From positions 271,631 through 335,630 of the IMG/VR virus record IMGVR_UViG_3300042391_000634: DNA of 64,000 nucleotides. The stretch is one strand, 5' to 3'. Positions within the stretch are counted from its first letter, which is position 1, and each line of letters starts with the position of its first letter. Position numbers and translations under genes: made by a program. Shown here piece by piece: positions 56,821 to 64,000 of this stretch. The notes beneath the pieces are model-generated. The model was given only the letters and a program-made list of their open reading frames with translations, searched no databases and was not told where the DNA came from.

Positions 56821-57219
56821 ATGAGTAAAAAATCAGTTTCAATTAGTCCATATTCATTTCCTGGACTTAGGTTATCACAAAGAGAGAAGGAGAGTTTTAA
56901 GAATTCACAAAGGTCATTAAGGTTTAGAATAACTAAGGATGAAATTTTACAGATTATCGCTTATGAATGTTCGGTATCGGTTACCGATATTGTGACAAAA
57001 ACAAGAAAAAAAGAAGTGGTTAACGGACGTTTCATATTCTGTGGTATCATGAAAGAATACTTTGGTTATTCTTTAAAAAAAATTGGCGAGTTTGTTGGGG
57101 GTCGTGACCATACAACTATAATCCATTCAGTTGAAAAATATCACGATAGATATCAAAATGAAGAACATTATAGGTTTTTAGTAAATAACATTTATAATAA
57201 AATAGGAATAACAAAGTAA
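56821..57219 (+). CDS. stand-alone DnaA domain IV (DNA-binding) protein
   Basis: TRKKEVVNGR, SLKKIGEFVGGRDHTTIIHS. Confidence 0.85.
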   Translation: MSKKSVSISPYSFPGLRLSQREKESFKNSQRSLRFRITKDEILQIIAYECSVSVTDIVTKTRKKEVVNGRFIFCGIMKEYFGYSLKKIGEFVGGRDHTTIIHSVEKYHDRYQNEEHYRFLVNNIYNKIGITK

Positions 57220-57220
57220 T

Positions 57221-57766
57221 ATGAAAACGTTAATTATACATCCGGCCGATCCGAGCACATTTTTTTTAGATATTGTTTATGAATCAGTGCAAGATAAAAC
57301 ATTAATTACTGGTGGAGTATCTAAAGGAGATTTAATTAGATTAATTGATGAACATGATCGTGTTATGATGATGGGTCACGGCAGTCCGGCTGGACTTTTT
57401 TCAGTGGGTCAATTCAAGAATGTTGGGGCATATATTATTGACCAATCAATGATACCTTATTTAAAACAAAAAGAGAATAATGTTTACATATGGTGTAATG
57501 CCGATAAATTTGTTGACGTATTTGGATTAAAGGGATTTTATTCTGGTATGTTCATCAGCGAAGTAGGTGAGGCAAACTATTGTGGTTTACCAGGTATGAG
57601 TCAAGAAATTGTTGACGAATCTAACTATGGGTTTTGTAATATTATTGCAAAATATATTAATGAAAACAAAGAACTTATACATGAAAATGTTAAGAAAGAG
57701 TATGGTCTTATTGCCGAATCAAATCCTGTGGCACTTTATAACAATAATAGATTATATAAAGCTTAA
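57221..57766 (+). CDS. hypothetical protein; possible caspase/gingipain-fold peptidase
   Basis: MMMGHGS and IWCNA. Confidence 0.4.
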   Translation: MKTLIIHPADPSTFFLDIVYESVQDKTLITGGVSKGDLIRLIDEHDRVMMMGHGSPAGLFSVGQFKNVGAYIIDQSMIPYLKQKENNVYIWCNADKFVDVFGLKGFYSGMFISEVGEANYCGLPGMSQEIVDESNYGFCNIIAKYINENKELIHENVKKEYGLIAESNPVALYNNNRLYKA

Positions 57767-57769
57767 TTA

Positions 57770-58930
57770 TTGGACTTGTTAGAAAAATATGAACATTTAA
57801 ATGATAAACTTAATTTAAGTGATATCAGAGATAAGAAGATTATATCTTGTTTAATATCTGACTTTGCAATGTATTGGGTGTATTATTTAGCTTCCGACAA
57901 CGAAAAGGTATCGGTGTCTAAGAATTACGTAATATCGTATTCAAAAAAATTCGATGTATATTTTATATATTTTACAACGGATAATAAAGATAAAGTAATT
58001 GAATACATAAATGAACTTATAGTTAATAACTACGTTCATTTTGTGATGTGGAAATTTAGAGAGACTCGTGAATTGGTTATGTACTTTGAGAATAATGATA
58101 TGTCTAATTTTGACTACTCATTAGTTAATAATATGTCAGAAATTGTTTTTGATGATGAACCACATAATCTTAATGAGTATAAAAAGATTAAATATTTCTT
58201 TGCATGTACTAACATATTAGAAAGAAATAAGAATCATATTCATACAGATTCTAAATTCCCAATTAATAATCCTGATAAGTTTATATTAGATTACAAATAT
58301 TCATTTACATATTTCTATACTAAATTAGGATTTTGTTATTTTCAAAAAGGAGACCACATTATTGAGATTGCAAATAGAAAGAATAAAGTTTTTTTATATT
58401 CAAAAACACAAAATAAACACAGAACAATATCTATCAATGAGGCATTGGAAACAGGTAAGATATATGAAAAACCATACACCGATGAAGATTACTTTTGGTA
58501 TTTTAATAATTACAACTATTACCATACTCCATTTGTAATTGATTACAATTTATGTAAATTCAATTTAGTTACCGAAACTTTACCACTATTAAAATCTAAC
58601 ACAGAAGAACATATACAAACGTGTAAGTTTTTTAGTGAGAAAACAATTAAATCATTAATGGTTGCAACGCCCGCTTATGTTTTATTACAAGAAGAAGTTT
58701 ACGATGTATTAAAGAGTTATGGATTTTATTTTCTAAATGATGAGTTTGGTAAATATGGATATGAAAATTATGAAAAGTTTTGTGATTTTCTAAAACGTTC
58801 ATCTGATAAACAATTAGATGACCTATTCAATAGAACCTACGAAAAAAGTAAATTAAATAAAATAAAATTAGAGGAATATATCTATTCAGATAAAACAAAA
58901 GAAATAAATTTATTAATAAATTTTAAATAA
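57770..58930 (+). CDS. putative glycosyltransferase (VTET...SEK family)
   Basis: FNLVTET...FFSEKTIKSL...GF; TTG start. Confidence 0.45.
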   Translation: MDLLEKYEHLNDKLNLSDIRDKKIISCLISDFAMYWVYYLASDNEKVSVSKNYVISYSKKFDVYFIYFTTDNKDKVIEYINELIVNNYVHFVMWKFRETRELVMYFENNDMSNFDYSLVNNMSEIVFDDEPHNLNEYKKIKYFFACTNILERNKNHIHTDSKFPINNPDKFILDYKYSFTYFYTKLGFCYFQKGDHIIEIANRKNKVFLYSKTQNKHRTISINEALETGKIYEKPYTDEDYFWYFNNYNYYHTPFVIDYNLCKFNLVTETLPLLKSNTEEHIQTCKFFSEKTIKSLMVATPAYVLLQEEVYDVLKSYGFYFLNDEFGKYGYENYEKFCDFLKRSSDKQLDDLFNRTYEKSKLNKIKLEEYIYSDKTKEINLLINFK

Positions 58931-58951
58931 AACCCCTTAAGGGGTTTTTTT
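58929..58951 (+). terminator. intrinsic terminator
   Basis: AAAACCCC-TTAA-GGGGTTTT followed by more T. Confidence 0.78.
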
Positions 58952-58980
58952 ATTTAAATAATTTTTCTTATATTAATAAC

Positions 58981-59331
58981 ATGTTTAATTATTATAAAAT
59001 ATTCTTAGGAATATTATTTGGGATTATAGGGCAAACCGGAACTTTCTGTCAATTACAAGTTTCTTACAAGTATGGTTGGTATGATAGATATCCTTGGTTA
59101 GTTATACTAGCAAGTGTTCCTTTAGGGTGGATTTATATCCTATCCGTTAATAACTTTATAGAAGGTTTTGGAGGTCAAATATGGCCATCAAGGTTGGTTG
59201 GTTTTGGGGTTGGTGTAATAGTATTCACTCTTATGTCACATTTCCTATTTAAAGAGCAATTAGACCTTAAAAATGGTATATGTTTAGGTTTAGGACTCAC
59301 AATAATACTCGTACAATTATTTGTTAAATAA
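58981..59331 (+). CDS. four-helix membrane protein (SMR/DMT-like size and topology)
   Basis: Four hydrophobic segments in 116 aa. Confidence 0.5.
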   Translation: MFNYYKIFLGILFGIIGQTGTFCQLQVSYKYGWYDRYPWLVILASVPLGWIYILSVNNFIEGFGGQIWPSRLVGFGVGVIVFTLMSHFLFKEQLDLKNGICLGLGLTIILVQLFVK

Positions 59332-59338
59332 TAAATTT

Positions 59339-60103
59339 ATGGCGACATTATTTGGATTCGGTGATAGTTTTACCGGCGGACATTTTTTAGATAAAGACTT
59401 TGAACCATATAAACAGTGGAAGGAGTATAGGGGAGGAGATTTACCACCAGTGTGGATAGATTTATTAGGTGATAAACTTAATATGAATGTTATAAACTAT
59501 GGACATGGGGGTAACTCAAATCAAGAAATATTTGAAACAATATGTAACAACTGTTATCAATTTAAAAAAGAGGATATTGTTATAATTAACTGGACTGAGA
59601 TACATAGATTTAGATGGGTCGCATATGGTAATTATAGGGCTCCCGAAGGTATTTTTAATGTAGATTATTGGAGAAGAATATCTGCCGCTTCTGATGATAG
59701 TGAAGAAATTAAGAACCAAACAAAAATGGATATTATTCAAAATAGATCTTCTTATTTGTATATTGAAGAGATCTATAATTATGAAAAAATTATAGATCAA
59801 CTATCAAAATCAATTGGATTTAATGTTTTCTATTGGTCTGGTGATAGTGATATTATTTACAGATTACCGTCAGATAAATTAAAACAAAAGAAATATATTA
59901 TTAATGATTTAATATCTAATATTACAGAAAATCCCCCCAACATCTTTAGATTAGGTGGTATTTTCTTTGATACAATAAAACATTACGGTGGGTTAATAGT
60001 TAAAGAAGAAACAAATGAAAATTGTACCGATACACATTTAGGAGAAAGTGGACATAGAGTTCAATTTGAATTATTTTATAATTATATTATAAAAAATATT
60101 TAA
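59339..60103 (+). CDS. SGNH-like hydrolase
   Basis: FGDSF, GNSN, DTHLGESGH. Confidence 0.72.
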   Translation: MATLFGFGDSFTGGHFLDKDFEPYKQWKEYRGGDLPPVWIDLLGDKLNMNVINYGHGGNSNQEIFETICNNCYQFKKEDIVIINWTEIHRFRWVAYGNYRAPEGIFNVDYWRRISAASDDSEEIKNQTKMDIIQNRSSYLYIEEIYNYEKIIDQLSKSIGFNVFYWSGDSDIIYRLPSDKLKQKKYIINDLISNITENPPNIFRLGGIFFDTIKHYGGLIVKEETNENCTDTHLGESGHRVQFELFYNYIIKNI

Positions 60104-60870
60104 TGAGTACATTATTTACATTTGGTTGTAGTTTTAGTGAGGAATTTAGTGTTCTATTACCAAGAACATCCCCCAATACAAGAGTTGACTATATTGAACA
60201 ATACTTTAATGGTGTTGCACCAGATTCATGGCCTACGATGTTATCTAAAAAGTTAGGATTTGATATTAAAAATTATTCAGGTAATGGGGGGTATAAAGAC
60301 CCAATAAATAACATAGGTGAAGGTAATTGTAATCAATCGGTATTAAACAACATCGCATATTATTGTAATCAGTTTAAGAAAGGGGACATTGTTATTGTTG
60401 AATGGACGTATATTGAAAGGTTTAAATGGGCGAACGAAACAGGTAAGTCAATGATATCTGTTTATCCCGCGTTTGTTCCTGGTACTGGAATACCTGATTA
60501 TCCAGATTACATCGATAATAACACAGCGGAGAACATATTTGTTAATAGAACAAATCCAATATGGATTAATGAATTATTCATTCAACAGAAACTATTAAAT
60601 CAATTTGCAGATAATACAGGATTTAATATATTTTATTGGACTGTAGATAATAATATTATAAATTATAAGAATAAAGAAATTAAAAATGATAAAAAGTATT
60701 TGTTATCAGATACGTTGGGTGAAAGAGATTATATGAATTTATTTAAAGAAGAAGGTGCTAAAACAATAATAGAAGAAACAAACGAAAAAGTCAGAGATTG
60801 GCATTATGGTGTAACGGGTCATCAGGTTCAATGTGATTTGTTTTATAACTATATTATAAAAAATATTTAA
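60103..60870 (+). CDS. SGNH-like hydrolase
   Basis: FGCSF, GNCN, DWHYG. Confidence 0.7.
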   Translation: MSTLFTFGCSFSEEFSVLLPRTSPNTRVDYIEQYFNGVAPDSWPTMLSKKLGFDIKNYSGNGGYKDPINNIGEGNCNQSVLNNIAYYCNQFKKGDIVIVEWTYIERFKWANETGKSMISVYPAFVPGTGIPDYPDYIDNNTAENIFVNRTNPIWINELFIQQKLLNQFADNTGFNIFYWTVDNNIINYKNKEIKNDKKYLLSDTLGERDYMNLFKEEGAKTIIEETNEKVRDWHYGVTGHQVQCDLFYNYIIKNI

Positions 60871-61610
60871 TGAATACATTATTTACATTTGGATGTAGTT
60901 ATACTGAAGATTTTGAAAGAGTTCTTGAAATTACTAAAAATAGTGATTTTATACCCGCACAAAGAAGATATGTTGAAAATCATTTAGATGGTAGAACACC
61001 AAAATCGTGGCCTCAATTATTGAGTGAAAAATTGGAGATAGATTTAAAAAATTATGGAGGAGGTGGAATGTCAAATTATCAAATATTTGAAGAGATATGT
61101 GAACATTGTAATGAATTTAAAGAAAACGATATTGTAATAATTGGATGGACACATATAACGAGATTTAGGTGGCCATTCAACAACGGGGGTTGGTCCTCTA
61201 TTTTTTCAGATTTTACCGAAACCACTTCTGAGTTGATGAGTAAAATAACACACAGTGAAATATTAGTTAATAGAACAAATAAAATGTTTATTAATGAAAT
61301 ATATCAATATCAAAAACTATTAGAACAATTTTGTAAATTACTTGGTGTTAAATTATATTTTTGGTCATCAGATGATAACATTATATATAAAGAAAATAAA
61401 GAATTTTTTACCGATAAAAAATATTTATTAAATGATTTAATTTCAAATAATAACAACATCTTTAACATCATACAAAAAAATGGTGGTAAAACAATAAACG
61501 AAGAAACTAATGGTGAAATACCTGATAATCATTTAGCGGAAACTGGACATAGAGTACAAGCTGAACTTTTTTACAATCACATTATAAATGGGAAACAAAA
61601 AATTATTTAA
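60870..61610 (+). CDS. SGNH-like hydrolase
   Basis: FGCSY, GMSN, DNHLA. Confidence 0.7.
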   Translation: MNTLFTFGCSYTEDFERVLEITKNSDFIPAQRRYVENHLDGRTPKSWPQLLSEKLEIDLKNYGGGGMSNYQIFEEICEHCNEFKENDIVIIGWTHITRFRWPFNNGGWSSIFSDFTETTSELMSKITHSEILVNRTNKMFINEIYQYQKLLEQFCKLLGVKLYFWSSDDNIIYKENKEFFTDKKYLLNDLISNNNNIFNIIQKNGGKTINEETNGEIPDNHLAETGHRVQAELFYNHIINGKQKII

Positions 61611-62241
61611 CAATGGATACCTAATTGGATCTTTTGACTATGATAGTATCATTAAAGATGATATAGATTTAGTAATTGAAAAATCAAAAGATACTAATAA
61701 TTTATCTTGTAGATATGACATTGCCGGTAAAGACCTAATTAAATTACATTTCACTAAGAGCTGCACTTACGAACAAAGTTTAATGTATGATAAATACGTT
61801 AAAGAAACTGATGAAAATGTATTCGGGGTATTTCAAAAATGGTTTAGTATAGACATACCAGTGAGTGACAATTTTAGAAAATTATCTTTCGAATTGATAA
61901 AGGATTTATACGATTTAAAAGATGATAGTAAATTGATTTATAATGATGAATATACAATGTTTAATGATGGTTGTTTTATAAATTCTCACGTTGATAATGA
62001 TAAAGATTCTAAAAGAAGAATATGTGTGGTTTTGATTTATCTTAATAAAGAAATACCTAAAGATGCCATTGGAGGTGGTTTAACGATTGAAGATTCACAC
62101 GGTGTTAAAGTTACAGTTGAACCAAAGTATACAACATATACCATTTTAGATTTTACAAATAATAATTTAAGACATGAGGTATCTAAAGTAAAAAATTGGA
62201 ATAGATATACCTACATTAACTTTATTGATTTAATAGATTAA
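61588..62241 (+). CDS. 2OG-Fe(II) oxygenase
   Basis: HVD, LIYLN, GGGL, HEVSKV, RY. Confidence 0.8.
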   Translation: MGNKKLFNNGYLIGSFDYDSIIKDDIDLVIEKSKDTNNLSCRYDIAGKDLIKLHFTKSCTYEQSLMYDKYVKETDENVFGVFQKWFSIDIPVSDNFRKLSFELIKDLYDLKDDSKLIYNDEYTMFNDGCFINSHVDNDKDSKRRICVVLIYLNKEIPKDAIGGGLTIEDSHGVKVTVEPKYTTYTILDFTNNNLRHEVSKVKNWNRYTYINFIDLID

Positions 62242-62242
62242 C

Positions 62243-63046
62243 ATGAATACAATACACGCATTTGGAGACAGTTATACAGAGGGACAACCATACGAATGTA
62301 CTTACCCACCATTTATTCAATGGAGAGAATTAAGAGGTGGAAACCTACCATTATGTTGGGTTGATATATTAGGAGAGAAGTTAGGTATGGAAACAATTAA
62401 TCGTGGAGTTGGTGGTAATTCTAATGTTCAAATATTTCAGGATGTTTGTGAACACGCACATACTTTTAAGAAAGGGGACATTGTGTTTGTAAATTGGGCA
62501 TATAGGGATAGGTTTAGATGGGGATGTTTAATAAAATACGCTGACGGATCTTGGTCACATAAAGATAAAGAAGGTAATCCATTACACACTTGGAGAAAGT
62601 TAAGTTCACATAATGGTAATCCTGACGATTTTAATTATATCTCTAAATCAACCAAGGAGGAAATAGTTGTTAACAGATCAACCGGTTTGTATATTGATGA
62701 GATTTACAATTATGAGAATATAATTGAACAGTATGCCGATGCGAGAGGATTTGAAATTTATTTTTGGTCTACTGACAATGATATAATATATTCGTTACCT
62801 CCTGAAAAATACAACCAAAAGAAATATATATTACATAATGTAATAACACCACGTCAGTATGTTAAGGAATATCATGGGGGTGACTTTATGTCTATGATTA
62901 TGTTTAAAGGTGGTGAAACCATATATATGGAAACAAACCACGTTGTTGAGGATGATACTCATTTAGGTGAGAAAGGACATAAAATACAAGCTGAATTATT
63001 TTACGAATACATTTTAAAATATGAGAATATTAGTATTAAAACATAG
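62243..63046 (+). CDS. SGNH-like hydrolase
   Basis: FGDSY, GNSN, DTHLGEKGH. Confidence 0.72.
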   Translation: MNTIHAFGDSYTEGQPYECTYPPFIQWRELRGGNLPLCWVDILGEKLGMETINRGVGGNSNVQIFQDVCEHAHTFKKGDIVFVNWAYRDRFRWGCLIKYADGSWSHKDKEGNPLHTWRKLSSHNGNPDDFNYISKSTKEEIVVNRSTGLYIDEIYNYENIIEQYADARGFEIYFWSTDNDIIYSLPPEKYNQKKYILHNVITPRQYVKEYHGGDFMSMIMFKGGETIYMETNHVVEDDTHLGEKGHKIQAELFYEYILKYENISIKT

Positions 63047-63602
63047 AAGAGCAGGTGGGTTTAATTTATCTCAATGGATTGCGAGTGAATTACAACTTCA
63101 TCATTATCATGAACCTTTAGGTGAAGACAACCCATTTAATAGACATAACGCCGAACGTGCATTATATGGTGGTAATGTGGTTATAGAAGAAATACCTGAA
63201 TCAATTAAAGAATTTGGATTGGACTATGAGGAATATCTTAATACATTTGATAAGATAATATGTTTAACAAGAAATGATATTAAAGAATGTGCAATTAGTT
63301 TACAGACATTCATTAGGAAAGATAAGTATGAACAATATAATATCATAAACACAGATTGGTTAAATTTAAATCAATCTGAATTTAATTTAAATGAGGAATA
63401 TCTTAATAAATCAAAAATAGAAATTTTAAATGTTATTAATGGTTTGCAAGTTACTTATGAAGATATATTCGAAACAAAAAAAGATGTCCAAGAAGTAGTT
63501 AACTATTTGGGAATGAACAAATTAAGATATATTGAAACATTAAATATTATAGATCCTGCTGCTAAAAAATTACGGAATATATCAACTAAAAAATTGATTT
63601 GA
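63021..63602 (+). CDS. sulfotransferase-like protein
   Basis: HRRAGGFNL, HEPL, LTRND...S, YEDI. Confidence 0.58.
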   Translation: MRILVLKHRRAGGFNLSQWIASELQLHHYHEPLGEDNPFNRHNAERALYGGNVVIEEIPESIKEFGLDYEEYLNTFDKIICLTRNDIKECAISLQTFIRKDKYEQYNIINTDWLNLNQSEFNLNEEYLNKSKIEILNVINGLQVTYEDIFETKKDVQEVVNYLGMNKLRYIETLNIIDPAAKKLRNISTKKLI

Positions 63603-63649
63603 TATATTGAATTATTTTTCATATATTATAATTGTAAATAACTATACAA

Positions 63650-63763
63650 ATGAGAGAGGCTTTTGATGTAATGAGTGAACATCCATTCCTTACAATTTTC
63701 TTGGGATTTGTCCTAATGGTGGTCGTAAGTGAAATAACCGAGATATTTAAGAGAAAGGAGTAA
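63650..63763 (+). CDS. 37-aa membrane peptide
   Basis: Translated by hand: MREAFDVMSEHPFLTIFLG.... Confidence 0.5.
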   Translation: MREAFDVMSEHPFLTIFLGFVLMVVVSEITEIFKRKE

Positions 63764-63764
63764 C

Positions 63765-64000
63765 ATGAAAAAATTTTTATTTTTCCGCGGATATGTGGAA
63801 ACCAATTTGTTGGATATTGATTGGGAAGAAATCAATAGAAGAATGAATACCAACATAATACCAATAACATATCCAACTTGGACAGGAACAACATATACCC
63901 CAACATGGGTTGTAAATCCGAGTTATATAACGTATACTCAACCTAATTATACGATTACAACCACACCTGGTACAGGAACTTATACAATACCTTACAACGG
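63765..64000 (+). CDS. 3'-truncated Thr/Tyr/Pro-rich protein (N-terminal FLFFRG)
   Basis: Open to the end of the window. Confidence 0.5.
   Translation, partial: MKKFLFFRGYVETNLLDIDWEEINRRMNTNIIPITYPTWTGTTYTPTWVVNPSYITYTQPNYTITTTPGTGTYTIPYN

Noticed and set aside
1-64000. Stop-codon reassignment
   Set aside because: Recognisable genes are full length and densely packed under the standard code.
1-64000. tRNA or rRNA genes
   Set aside because: Intergenic gaps are short and I saw no cloverleaf or T-arm signature; a tRNAscan run would be needed to be certain.

Overview
This is a 64 kb segment of a very AT-rich, gene-dense large (jumbo-type) tailed phage genome read in the standard code. I found no tRNA, rRNA, CRISPR array or mobile element. 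Phage evidence: a fibre gene with a peptidase-S74 chaperone, a T4 gp23-like fragment, PcfJ-like proteins and a peptidoglycan hydrolase. TTTG-N19/20-TAnnTTTG promoters and A-rich starts without Shine-Dalgarno sites point to a Bacteroidota host. Positions 1-34.6 kb and 57.8-63.6 kb are dominated by glycan and peptide modification genes: UDP-glucose dehydrogenase, many glycosyltransferases including two AAH/TibC-like enzymes, a carbamoyltransferase, an APS kinase, sulfotransferases, 2OG-Fe(II) oxygenases, a radical SAM enzyme and methyltransferases. Thirteen SGNH paralogues are spread across the window. Positions 34.6-57.8 kb hold small accessory genes, including DNA methyltransferases, iscU/iscA, a ferredoxin and a stand-alone DnaA domain IV. 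The best candidate for a new system is at 7.6-16.9 kb. It encodes a circularly permuted ATP-grasp ligase fused to a cleavage-only Hint domain that would release a 36-aa, 8-Cys peptide. This is followed by a 29-aa micro-ORF and a run of tailoring enzymes, 9 of 10 of which end in the same basic/polar-[LI][LI] C-terminal tail. All product calls come from motif recognition by eye; no searches were run.
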